DNA from: an uncultured Chloroflexia bacterium
GTDB lineage: Bacteria > Chloroflexota > Limnocylindria > Limnocylindrales > CSP1-4
DNA: 64,000 nucleotides
Direction of reading: 5' to 3'
NCBI GenBank assembly: GCA_963748625.1
Contig: CAVVJT010000004.1
Location: 352,001 to 416,000, forward strand
The position numbers were made by a program, and so were the translations under genes. Shown piece after piece: positions 48,133 to 57,898 of this stretch; positions within the stretch are counted from its first letter, which is position 1; every line of letters begins with the position of its first letter. The notes under the pieces were generated by a model. The model did not search any database. It worked only from the letters and a program-made list of their open reading frames with translations, and was not told the origin of the DNA.

Positions 48133-48816
48133 ATGACCGAGACCCCCGTCCAGACGCCCTCAGCGCTCCGCCACGCCATCCTGCTGCACCTGCGCCGGAC
48201 GGGCCCCGGCTCTCCCGACACGATCGCCGCGGCCGTCGGCGCCTCGCGGAGCGGCGTCGCCCAGCAGTTGCGGGCGCTCGACACGGCAAGCCTGGTGTCG
48301 CGGACCACGGAACGCCACGGCGTCGGACGACCGCGTCACCTGTACGACATCACGGCGGACGCGCAGGATCTCTTCCCGTCCAACTACGGCGGCCTCGCAG
48401 CGGGGCTCCTGGCCGCAATCGTCCAAGTGGGGGGCGAAGCCCTGCTGGAAGACGTCTTCGCGGCGCGCCGCCGCCAGTCCGAGGTCCGGCTCTCGGCCGA
48501 GATCGATGCGTCCCTTCCCGCCGGTGCGCCGGTCGAGGACCGGGTTCGCGAGCTGGCGCGCATCCAGGACGACCTCGGCTACCTGACCGAGGTCCGCACC
48601 GACGATGACGGGCTGCGCCTGGTCGAGCACAACTGCGCGTTGATCGACGTGGCACGCGGCCTGCCTGCGGCGTGCGCCGCGGAGCTCGAGCTGTTCGCCA
48701 GCGTGCTGGGTGCGCCGGTCGTGCGGGAGCGCCACATCGCCGCGGGCGATCGCTGCTGCCAGTACCGGATCGAGGTCGACCGGGTGGACGTGGCCGACCC
48801 GGGAGTGGCCGGCTAG
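48133..48816 (+). CDS. ArsR/SufR-like HTH transcriptional regulator
   Basis: wHTH with GVGRPRHLY; C-terminal EHNC...AC..E...RHIAAGDRCC Cys pattern. Confidence 0.82.
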   Translation: MTETPVQTPSALRHAILLHLRRTGPGSPDTIAAAVGASRSGVAQQLRALDTASLVSRTTERHGVGRPRHLYDITADAQDLFPSNYGGLAAGLLAAIVQVGGEALLEDVFAARRRQSEVRLSAEIDASLPAGAPVEDRVRELARIQDDLGYLTEVRTDDDGLRLVEHNCALIDVARGLPAACAAELELFASVLGAPVVRERHIAAGDRCCQYRIEVDRVDVADPGVAG

Positions 48817-49868
48817 CCCTCCTCGCGCTCGACCACCCCGCGGGACGCCGGCTGGAGACGCGGCAGCGGCACATCCGACACGTTCGGGACGAATGAGGCG
48901 GCAAGGGAGGTGGCCGCGATCTGCTGCTGCTCCTCGAGCGAGAGGATGCCCAGGCGCGCGAGCGTCGCGAGCTCGTCGCGGATGTACGTCTTGAGCATCT
49001 CCGGGCCGTCGGTGCTGATCGTGTAGCGGACCCCGTTGCGGCGGAACTGGTCGAGGATCCAGCGGAACTCCTCCCAGCCCGACACGACCGCCGTGTTCAG
49101 GTTGGACGTGGGGCAGATCTCCAGCACGATCCCCCGCTCACGGAGCATCGCCATCGTCCGCGGATCGTACGCGGCCTTGACGCCGTGCCCGATGCGGTCG
49201 GGCTCCAGCAGCTCGACGACCCTGCCGATCTCCTCCACGGGCCCCGACTCGCCCGTGTGGACCGTGATTCCCAGGCCGTGCTGCCGGGCGCGCCGGAAGA
49301 GCTTCCGGTAGTCAGCCACCCGGAAGGTGGCGCTCTCCGGGCCTGCGATGTCGATACCCACCACACCCCGGTCCCGCCAGGTGATCGCCTTCTCCACGAT
49401 GATCTCGTTGAGCTCGAACGGGAACGCCCGGTCCAGGCAGAAGAGCAGGCCGGGCTTCACCGGGTACTCGAGGGTCGCGCGATCCATGCCGCGCACCGCC
49501 GCCGCGATGATGTGGTCGAGATCCTGCTCACCGCCCCGGTTCCGCTTCATCGGGTTGAAGCGGAGCTCCATCGTGGTGATGTTGTTCTTGCGGTAGGCGC
49601 CGCCCACCACCTCGTAGACGGCGCGCTCGACGGCGATCGGGCTCGACTGGATGAGCTCTGTCCAGTGGAACAGCTGGAGGTACCCGTCGAAGCTCTTGGT
49701 GCGCCTGGGGTTGACCGTGATGAGGTCGCGGAACTCCCAGTAGTCGCGGGTGGGCAGCTTGATGCCCTGGGCGTGGGCGATGGACCACATGATCGACGGC
49801 GTGACGGCCGCGCCGAGGTGGCAGTGGAGCTCGGCGAGGGGGACCTTGCGGGAGAGGGTCTGGGGCAT
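48813..49868 (-). CDS. Adenosine/adenine deaminase family protein
   Basis: AELHCHL, GIDIAGPE, TVHTGE, DRIGHG, LEICPTSN, ISTDGP. Confidence 0.88.
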   Translation of the reverse strand: MPQTLSRKVPLAELHCHLGAAVTPSIMWSIAHAQGIKLPTRDYWEFRDLITVNPRRTKSFDGYLQLFHWTELIQSSPIAVERAVYEVVGGAYRKNNITTMELRFNPMKRNRGGEQDLDHIIAAAVRGMDRATLEYPVKPGLLFCLDRAFPFELNEIIVEKAITWRDRGVVGIDIAGPESATFRVADYRKLFRRARQHGLGITVHTGESGPVEEIGRVVELLEPDRIGHGVKAAYDPRTMAMLRERGIVLEICPTSNLNTAVVSGWEEFRWILDQFRRNGVRYTISTDGPEMLKTYIRDELATLARLGILSLEEQQQIAATSLAASFVPNVSDVPLPRLQPASRGVVEREEG

Positions 49869-49910
49869 GGGGCCAGTCTACGGGACTCCCGCCTCCAGTC
49901 CCGGCGCGGC

Positions 49911-50966
49911 TCAGCCGGGGACGACGCGGCCTTCGGCGTCCAGCGTGGCGCGGCGTCGCGCGTTGCGTGCCTCGGCGTCGGGCACCTGGTCCCGGGCGTG
50001 ATAGCTCGACCGCACGAGCGGCCCGGACTCCACGTGCTTGAAGCCCATCGCGAGCCCCTCTGCGCGCATCTCCGCGAACTCGTCGGGGTGGTAGTAGCGC
50101 TCGAGCGGCAGATGGTCCAGGGTGGGGCGCAGATACTGGCCGATCGTGAGGATGTCGCAGTCCACCACGCGCAAGGCCTCGAAGCACTCGGTCATCTCGG
50201 CGCGCGTCTCGCCCAGGCCGACCATGAGGCTGGACTTCGTGTGGACGTCCTTGCCGTATTCGGCTGCATAGGCCTTCGCCCGCTCGAGCACGCCCAGGGT
50301 CCGGTCCCACCGGGCCCGCTTGCGGACCGGCTGCTGGAGTCGTCGTACCGTCTCGAGGTTGTGGTTGAGGATGTCAGGCCCTGCCTCCATCACGGCCCGG
50401 AGCGGCTGCTCCTCGCCGTTGAAGTCCGGGATCAGGACCTCGATGCCCATGAGGGCGCTCCGCGAGCGGATCTCGCGGATGGTGGCCGCGAAGGCACCGG
50501 CACCGCCATCGGGGAGGTCGTCCCGGGCGACGCTGGTCACCACCACGTGGTCCAGGCGCATCTCTGCGACGGCTTCGGCCACGCGGCGGGGCTCGTCGTC
50601 GTCGAACCAGGTCGGCTTGCCGGTCTTGATGGCACAGAAGCCGCAGGCCCGGGTGCAGACGTCGCCCAGGATCATCACGGTGGCCGTGCGCTGGTCCCAG
50701 CACTCGCCCATGTTCGGGCAGACCGCCTCCGCGCAGACCGTGTTGAGGTTGAGGCCGCGCAGCATCCCACGCAGGTCGTGGTAGTTCGCCCCGGACGGCA
50801 TCTTCGACTTGATCCAGTCCGGGTGACGGCGGGCGCGCGCGGACGAGCCCGCCGCCGCAGACAGCGGCGTCCCCCCGCCCATGGTGATCGGGAGGGCCGC
50901 AGGCGATGCGCCGTGGTGGCCGGCGGGCACGCCGTCCGCGCCGACGACCGGTAGTTCGCGCGCCAT
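49911..50966 (-). CDS. lipA: Lipoyl synthase
   Basis: TVCAEAVCPNMGECW, CTRACGFC, NHNLETV, GQYLRP, GPLVRSSYHA. Confidence 0.95.
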   Translation of the reverse strand: MARELPVVGADGVPAGHHGASPAALPITMGGGTPLSAAAGSSARARRHPDWIKSKMPSGANYHDLRGMLRGLNLNTVCAEAVCPNMGECWDQRTATVMILGDVCTRACGFCAIKTGKPTWFDDDEPRRVAEAVAEMRLDHVVVTSVARDDLPDGGAGAFAATIREIRSRSALMGIEVLIPDFNGEEQPLRAVMEAGPDILNHNLETVRRLQQPVRKRARWDRTLGVLERAKAYAAEYGKDVHTKSSLMVGLGETRAEMTECFEALRVVDCDILTIGQYLRPTLDHLPLERYYHPDEFAEMRAEGLAMGFKHVESGPLVRSSYHARDQVPDAEARNARRRATLDAEGRVVPG

Positions 50967-50970
50967 CGGC

Positions 50971-52396
50971 CTAGTAGAGCGCGGTGTCCGGCCCGACGTT
51001 CTCGAGCCAGGCCTTGATGTCGCGCAGCAGCGCGGCACCGCCGGCGCCGTCGTTGGCGCGGTGGTCGAGTCCCAGGACCATGTTCATGACGGGCCGGATG
51101 GCGATGACGTCGCCGTCCTCTCCGGACACCACGACCGCGCGCTTGGTGATGGCCTCCATGGTGACGATGCCCACCTCGGGCACGTTCAGGATCGGCATCA
51201 CGAGGTTCGTGCCGAGGTACCCCGTGTTGTCCACGGTGAAGGTGCCGCCGCCGAAGTCGTCCAGCTTGAGCCGGCCCTGGCGGGCACGGTTGGCGACGTC
51301 CGCGATGGCCACGTTGAGGCCGTGGATGGACAGCATGTCCGCATCGCGGATCACGGGCACGATCAGGCCCTCGTCCACCGCGACCGCCACACCGATGTTG
51401 ATCCGGCGCTTCGCGAGCAGTCCCTGGTCGGTCCAGTGGGCGTTGAACGTGGGATTGCGCTTGAGCGCATCGGCCGCGGCCTTGACCACGAACGGGACGA
51501 ACGAGAGCCCGATCCCCTCCTTGGCCTTGTAGGCGTTCTTGTTCGCCTCGCGGAAGCGGACGAGCCGGCTCGCGTCGATCTCCATCTGCACGTAGGCGTG
51601 CGGTGCCTGGAGGGCGCGCGTCATCTGGGCGGCGATGCCCTTGCGCATCTGGGTCATCGGGACGAGGACCTCGTCCACGCCGGCCGGGAAGCTGATGGCA
51701 CCGCTCGTCGCGGGGGCAGGCGCCGAGGCGGCGCGAGCCGCTCCGGGGGCCGGTGCAGCAACGGGGGCCGGAGCGCTGACTGAGGCCGGCGTGGCGGGCG
51801 CGGACGGGACGGCGGCGCCGGTGCGGAGGGCCTCGACCGTGGCGAGGACATCCTCACGGGTGATGCGGCCGCCACCGCCGGTGCCCTTCACCTGGGCTGC
51901 GCTCGAGATCGTGCTCGCGGAGCAGGCGGCGCACGGCCGGGGTCATGCGGGCGTTCGGGTCGTGGTCGGCCGGGACGGCGACCGGCGCCGGCGCGGCGGA
52001 GGCCACAGGGGCCGGTGCGGGCGGGGCGGACGCGATGGGGCCGGATTCGGCGCTCGAGGCGACCGGGCGCTCGTCGGAGCCGGCCGGACCATGGGCGACG
52101 GCTCGGCGGGCGCAGCCGGCGGAGGCGGCGGGAGCCCCGGCACTGCCGGATGCAGCATCCTCGTCCGTCTCGATGACCGCGATCTCGGTGTTGTTCGGGA
52201 CGACTGCGCCCTCCTCGAACAGGATCTCGCGCAGGATGCCCGCGTACGGTGAGGGCACCTCGGCGTTCACCTTGTCCGTGATCACCTCGAGGAGGGGCTC
52301 GTACTTGGCGACCGCGTCGCCGGGCTGCTTGAGCCAGCGTCCGATCGTCCCCTCCGCGACGCTCTCGCCGAGCTGGGGCATCGTCACCTTGGCCAC
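50971..52396 (-). CDS. Dihydrolipoamide acyltransferase E2 (frameshift near 51904)
   Basis: Lipoyl domain MPQLGESVAEG...TDKVNAEVPSP, E3-binding TPAVRRL...GTGGGGRITREDV, catalytic DHRANDG. Confidence 0.9.
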
Positions 52397-52565
52397 TGGG
52401 TCGTCTCCTCCGGAGGGGGCGCTGAACGGGCGAGTCAAGGCCCCTAGTGTTGCGCATGTCGCGACAGCGCGCCTCCCAGGCTGGTCGTGCGCACAGTCGG
52501 CCAACGTTCACTGGTACGCCATGATTGCCGGTCGCGCCGCCGGGCCAGGGCCGCCCATGGACTCC

Positions 52566-53183
52566 TCACGGCACGGCGCGCGCGAGCTGCGGGTAGTCGA
52601 CGATGAGGCCCTCCTCATCGAACAGCAGCTCGCATGCCAGGTCGCTGTCGAGCGACCGGTACTGAATGCGTCGTCGGCCCCATCGGTCGCGGCCCAGGGC
52701 TGTGTACCGCTGGGCGGAGGCGCGGACGGCGAGGTCCGGGACCGACACCCACGCCATCACGAAGTCGACCGAACCGTCCTGACGCAGGAGGTCGTGACGG
52801 AGTACCGGCATCGTGTTCGTCATTGGACTGCGCCCGAGATCACAGTCCAATGCCATGGCGAACGCCGACGGGTCGCCTCCGGGCGGACCGAGATCAGTCC
52901 GTCCATTCGTCGTCGTGCCGATCGTCCATCTGCCGGCTGGAGATCGCCGCAGGTCAAGCGTCCGCCGCCAACCGTCGCCATCGACCGACAGCAGAAGGCT
53001 GCTTGTGACCCATCCAGGGCCGGTTTCGAGGTCCCCATCAAGTCGGTACGGCACCGGATCCCAGCCGATCGCGACGAACTGGGCTGCCAATCGATCGGCC
53101 TCCAGCGTCACGTTCACCAGCTCCGCGCCGAGACCGTCCACCTTGTCCCAGACGACCAGCCGGTGGCGCTGATGGCCGTTCAT
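52566..53183 (-). CDS. Putative glycolipid-binding domain protein
   Basis: ALDCDLGRSPMTNTMPVLR, MAWVSVPDL...QRY, DEEGLIVDYP. Confidence 0.8.
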   Translation of the reverse strand: MNGHQRHRLVVWDKVDGLGAELVNVTLEADRLAAQFVAIGWDPVPYRLDGDLETGPGWVTSSLLLSVDGDGWRRTLDLRRSPAGRWTIGTTTNGRTDLGPPGGDPSAFAMALDCDLGRSPMTNTMPVLRHDLLRQDGSVDFVMAWVSVPDLAVRASAQRYTALGRDRWGRRRIQYRSLDSDLACELLFDEEGLIVDYPQLARAVP

Positions 53184-53872
53184 CGCCTCTCCCGCGAGGG
53201 TTCGCCCATTGCATGCCTCCCGAGGAACCACTGGACCGGCAGGATCAGCAGCCAGACAAGCTCGACGATGTACGTGCTCGCGATCGGCAGGAGGAGCAGC
53301 GAGGTGAGCATGACGATTGGCGCAGCGAGTCCGCGCATTGCTCCCGACCGCACCACATCTCGCGGCGTCTCAGGCGCTACGAGCTCCGCCCTGAGCGCAT
53401 AGACCCAGCAAAGGAAGCCCGCGAGTCCAGCGGCCGAGAGTGTCCCTGCGTAGATCACTACCGCGATCGGCAGGTCTCCGTGCTCCCCGATCAGTGCAGT
53501 GGGAAACGGGATCAGTGCGATGAATGCCAGGAACAGCAGGTTGAGGTAGGCAAGGCGCGCGTTCGCTCGCCCGATGAGCCTGAACCGGCGCAGGTGCGCC
53601 ATCCAGTAGAACGCGATGATCGTGAAGCTGAGGGCATACGCGAAGACTCGAGGGGCAAGGTCGGCGATCGCGGTCGAGATCTCGACTCCACCGGTGGACG
53701 CTGGGAGATCCGGCAGGCGCAGGTCGATGACGAGGAGGGTCAGGGCAATCGCAAACACCCCGTCGGAGAGGAAGATGACGCGTTCGACCCCAAGATCTCC
53801 TTGGTTCGTGCCCTCGTCTGGTTGGTGATTGTCGGACCGCAATCCCAATGTTCGTGTCATCAGGTGGCTCAC
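53180..53872 (-). CDS. TMEM175 family (DUF1211) K+ channel-like membrane protein
   Basis: ERVIFLSDGVFAIALTLLV, SF..I..YW..H, NLLFL..IALIPFPT. Confidence 0.88.
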   Translation of the reverse strand: MSHLMTRTLGLRSDNHQPDEGTNQGDLGVERVIFLSDGVFAIALTLLVIDLRLPDLPASTGGVEISTAIADLAPRVFAYALSFTIIAFYWMAHLRRFRLIGRANARLAYLNLLFLAFIALIPFPTALIGEHGDLPIAVVIYAGTLSAAGLAGFLCWVYALRAELVAPETPRDVVRSGAMRGLAAPIVMLTSLLLLPIASTYIVELVWLLILPVQWFLGRHAMGEPSRERR

Positions 53873-53917
53873 GCATCCTCGCGGCCAAGCTCGCCCCAGG
53901 TTCGTCGAGCGGCGAGA

Positions 53918-54172
53918 TCAGTGGCGGTCTCGATGACGGCGGCGAGACTCGTGGCCAGTCCAGCCGCGCGCAAGCGCCGCGACTCCGACCACGATCACCA
54001 AGACCGGCCAGGACTGATCCCAGGAGATGTCGGGGAGGGTCACGCCGAACGTGGTCCGCAGAAGGAAGTAGCCGCCGCCGACGATCAACACAACTGCAAG
54101 GAGGAGGCCGCCCAGGTCGCGGAACTGTCGGTCTCCGTCCAGCTCAGCTCCTGTGTGATCAGCAGGCATCAT
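53918..54172 (-). CDS. Small two-TM membrane protein (LiaF/LiaI-TM-like)
   Basis: LLAVVLIVGGGYFLL...WDQSWPVLVIVVG. Confidence 0.6.
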   Translation of the reverse strand: MMPADHTGAELDGDRQFRDLGGLLLAVVLIVGGGYFLLRTTFGVTLPDISWDQSWPVLVIVVGVAALARGWTGHESRRRHRDRH

Positions 54173-54227
54173 CTCGGGCCCTCGGTCGACGTGGGTGGCG
54201 AGTCGCCATGTACACGAAGATACACAT

Positions 54228-54243
54228 CTTGGCAAGTGCCAAG
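54228..54243. promoter_or_regulatory. Perfect 7-2-7 palindrome, candidate operator in a divergent promoter
   Basis: CTTGGCA-AG-TGCCAAG in a relatively AT-rich intergenic region. Confidence 0.4.
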
Positions 54244-54314
54244 TGGAGGCTTATCGTAGTGCAACAGGGCTATTCAGACAGAAGTAGCCGGTCCGAACTA
54301 GCGGAGTGTGTGCC

Positions 54315-55106
54315 ATGAACTCGGCTCGGGCCGCGGTGGCGCTTGAAGGCCACCCGGTCAGATCATCGGTCGCCTTGGCAATGACCTGGACCATCGTCTC
54401 GGTTGCCGTGTTCCTGCTGGTCGGCCGGGTAGCGCCCGGCGTCGATCCGCAGGTGGCGGCCCTGGTGGGCCTGGTCGTCATCACCATCCTCGTGCTCGGG
54501 GGTATCGGCTGGCTCGGCTGGTGGCACGAGGTCGGCTTCACCCCCATCTCCGAATGGCGAAACCTGCGCCTGTTGGTGCTGCCGGCCGGTATTGCAGTCG
54601 TACCCCTGCTCGCTGGGGTCGACCCCATCGCAGCCTCGACTCTCCTCTTCCTGGTCGTGGGCTATTCGCTGACTGGTCTGGCCGAGGAAGCATTCGCTCG
54701 AGGACTCTTGATCCGGACCCTCCAGCCATCCGGAGTCCTTCGCGCGGTCTTTGTCTCCTCACTCCTGTTTGCGCTGCTGCACCTGGGCAACCTCGTCATC
54801 CGGGGCGGCAGCCCGGCCATCAGCATCGCGCAGGCTGTTGGGGCGTTCTCGTTCGGCGTTGGGTTTGCGGCACTGCGGATCCGCACCTGGACCATCTGGC
54901 CGCTCGTCGCACTGCACATGGTTCACGACCTCGTGCTCAACACGATGTCGCTGCCATTGATCCCAGTGGCTGTCGCGCAGGATGTTGCCCTGCTCGTCAT
55001 CGGCCTGTATCTGATCCGGGAGCCGCTGCTCCAACGACGGTCGCGAGATGTGATCGCAGGCAGCCCCGAGATTGCGGGCTACTCGTCCGACACCGTCGGG
55101 CGGTAG
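54315..55106 (+). CDS. CPBP (CAAX/Abi) intramembrane metalloprotease
   Basis: EEAFARG, FALLH, LVALHMVHD. Confidence 0.88.
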   Translation: MNSARAAVALEGHPVRSSVALAMTWTIVSVAVFLLVGRVAPGVDPQVAALVGLVVITILVLGGIGWLGWWHEVGFTPISEWRNLRLLVLPAGIAVVPLLAGVDPIAASTLLFLVVGYSLTGLAEEAFARGLLIRTLQPSGVLRAVFVSSLLFALLHLGNLVIRGGSPAISIAQAVGAFSFGVGFAALRIRTWTIWPLVALHMVHDLVLNTMSLPLIPVAVAQDVALLVIGLYLIREPLLQRRSRDVIAGSPEIAGYSSDTVGR

Positions 55107-55312
55107 GCGGACGACTCGGGTCTGTCCACGAGAACGCCCCCTCCGACCCGTGACCTCGCCGAGCGCGCGTAGGCGATAGGGTCTCTTCCTCGAGCTCGCC
55201 GGAATCGTGCCCGTCGTCGACTACTGGGCTGTCACGCGGCAAGGGGTTTCAAACGGTGGCTGGTCGCCACTGGCGCCCCAGCGACCCTAAGCATGACGGC
55301 GGCCGGGACGCT

Positions 55313-55792
55313 CTACGTTGCCGGTGCGGGGGCCTCGGCCGGTGCAGAGGGCTCCACGGCGGGCTCTGTGGATTCAGCCTCGTCATGGGCCTTGGCGTGA
55401 GCGTCGGCCTTGGCCTCGCCGTCGACCGGTGCCTCGTCCTCGCCTTCGGCCATGTAGATCTCGTAGGCGCGCGCCAGCAGGGCCTCGACCTCGGCCGCCA
55501 TCGTCTCGTCCAGCTCCTTGAAGTGGAACGTCGCCTTGCCGGACTGCCGCTTCGCGAGCGCCGGCGACATCGAGCGCCGCAGCTCCGCCGACGTGTAGAT
55601 CGGCAGCAGGTAGAGCGAGACGAACTTGGTCTCGGGCTTGATGAAGGCGAACCACTCCTGGGCGCCGGCGCCCGGCTTGCGCAGGCACGGGATCCCGTAG
55701 ATGGTCGCCTGCTCCAGCTTGTCCGCGTACGGGACGAGCAGCTGGCGAAGCCGGAGCTCGGTGTTGAACAGCTCCTTGGCGGCGCTGGCCAT
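55313..55792 (-). CDS. Hypothetical protein, DUF1801-like
   Basis: [19 protein letters not shown]...[13 protein letters not shown]; start overlaps the E1-beta stop. Confidence 0.65.
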   Translation of the reverse strand: MASAAKELFNTELRLRQLLVPYADKLEQATIYGIPCLRKPGAGAQEWFAFIKPETKFVSLYLLPIYTSAELRRSMSPALAKRQSGKATFHFKELDETMAAEVEALLARAYEIYMAEGEDEAPVDGEAKADAHAKAHDEAESTEPAVEPSAPAEAPAPAT

Positions 55793-56776
55793 CAGTAGGC
55801 CGCGAGCTTGCGGATCGCGTCGGCGATGCGGGCGGGGTTGACCATGAACCAGTCCTCGAGCACGTGGTTGTAGGGAGCGGCGGGCACGTCGGGTCCAGCA
55901 AGGCGGGTGACGGGGCCATCGAGATAGTCGAACGCGTCCTCGGCCACGATCGCGGCGATCTCCGCGCCGTAGCCGCCGAAGCGGTTGTCCTCGTAGACGA
56001 TGAGGCACTTGCCGGTCTTGCGGACCGAGCCCAGGAGCGTCTCGCGGTCCAGCGGGCGCAAGGTCCGGATGTCGATCACCTCGACGTCGATCCCCTCGCC
56101 CGCCACGCGCTCCGCCGCCTCGAGCGCGTAGAGCACCATGAGGCCGTAGGCGACGACGGTCACCTGGCGCCCGGCCCGGCGGATGGACGCGGACCCCAGC
56201 GGCACCGTGTACTCCGTGTCCGGCACCTCGCCGCGCACCGAGCGGTACATCTTCTTGTGCTCGAAGTAGAGGACCGGGTCGTCGTCGCGGATCGCGGAGC
56301 GCAGGAGGCCCTTCGCGTCGTACGGGGTGGACGGGATGACGACCTTGAGGCCTGGGCACGTGCGTGAAGAACGCCTCGACCGACTGGGAGTGGTACAGCG
56401 CGCCGTGGACGCCGCCGCCGTACGGGGCGCGGATCACCATCGGGACCGTGAAGCCGCCGTTGGAGCGGTAGCGCATGCGCGCCGCCTCGGAGACGATCTG
56501 GTTGAACGCCGGGTGGATGAAGTCGGCGAACTGGATCTCCGCGATCGGGCGCAGGCCGTTGATCGCGGCGCCGATCGACGCGCCGACGATCATCGACTCC
56601 GTCAGTGGGGTGTCGATCACACGGTCGTCCCCGAACTCGGCCCACAGGCCGTCGGTGGCCAGGAACACGCCACCCTTCTTGCCGACGTCCTCGCCCAGGA
56701 CGATGACGCTCCCGTCCCGGCGCATCTCGCCTGCCATGCCATCCCGGATGGCCTCGATGAAGGTGCGGATGGCCAT
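55792..56776 (-). CDS. 2-oxoacid dehydrogenase E1 beta (branched-chain type; frameshift near 56353)
   Basis: [35 protein letters not shown], then in another frame EHKKMY...[12 protein letters not shown]...LDGPVTRL. Confidence 0.9.
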
Positions 56777-57877
56777 CAGCGGTGGCCCCCGTCCTGGCCT
56801 GGAGGCGCGCCGGTTCCCGCGCCCGCTGGCCCCGCCGGGTGCCACGGCGGCGGTGTCTCGCCCGGCCAAGCCTCGGCATACACGTGGTCGATGGCGGTGA
56901 ACGGGTCCGGGTCGGGCTCGGCCTCGGCGTGGTCGGTGGCGTCGTCCACGAGCGTCCGGATCTCCGCGTCGAGCGCCTCCTCAACCTCCGGCGTCAGCAC
57001 GCCGACGTCCCGCAACTGGTCGCGGAAGATCGGCAGCGGGTCGTGGGCGCGACCCTCGGCCAGGTCGTCCTCGGAGCGGTACTTCGTCTGCTGGTCGTCC
57101 GAGGAGTGCGCGGTCAGCCGGGTGACCTTGGCCTCGATCAGTGTCGGTCCGCCGCCCGAGCGCGCCCACGCGATCGCGTCGCGCGACGCCGTGTAGCAGG
57201 CGAGCACATCGGTGCCGTCCACGACCACGCCCGGGATCCCGTAGCCCGCAGCCCGCGTCGCCACGTCCTTGACGCTCAGCTCCTTCTCGGCCGGGACACT
57301 GATCGCATAGCCGTTGTTCTCCACCTGGAAGACGAACGGCAGCTTGTGGATGGCGGCGAAGTTGAGCGCCTCGTGGACATCGCCCTGGTTGGAGCTCCCC
57401 TCCCCCATGATCGCGACGGCCACCTGGTCGGTGCCGCGGATCTTCGACGCGAGCGCGATGCCCACCGCGTGCAGGATCTGGGTGGCCACCGGCGACGAGA
57501 CTGACACGATGTTGTACGCGGGCCCGCCGTAGTGACCGGGCATCTGGCGCCCGGCGGAACCCGCATCGGACGCCTTCGCGTACTGGGCGAGCATGAGGTC
57601 GCGGGGTGTCATGCCCATAGCGAGGCAGGTGGCGATGGACCGGTAGAACGGGGCGACCCAGTCGTGCCTGCGACGCAGCGGCCACGCGAGACCCACTTGG
57701 GCGCCCTCGTGGCCCTGGCCGCTGATGACGAACGGGATCCGGCCCGCGCGGTTGAGGATCCACATCCGCTCGTCGACCGCGCGCGCCAGCGCGACGCGTG
57801 CGGAACATGGCGACGAGGTCGGCATCGGCCAGCCCGACCGAGGCTGCGAGCTCGGAGACGGGGCCGCCGTCCGGCAT
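56776..57877 (-). CDS. 2-oxoacid dehydrogenase E1 alpha (branched-chain type; frameshift near 57796)
   Basis: [30 protein letters not shown] motif [17 protein letters not shown]...[13 protein letters not shown]. Confidence 0.9.
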
Positions 57878-57898
57878 TCGGAACCTCGCGCTAGCGGA

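Noticed and set aside
55313-56869. 518-aa E1-beta fusion with a novel C-terminal domain
   Set aside because: Artefact of the frameshift near 56353; E1-beta ends at 55792 and a separate gene starts there
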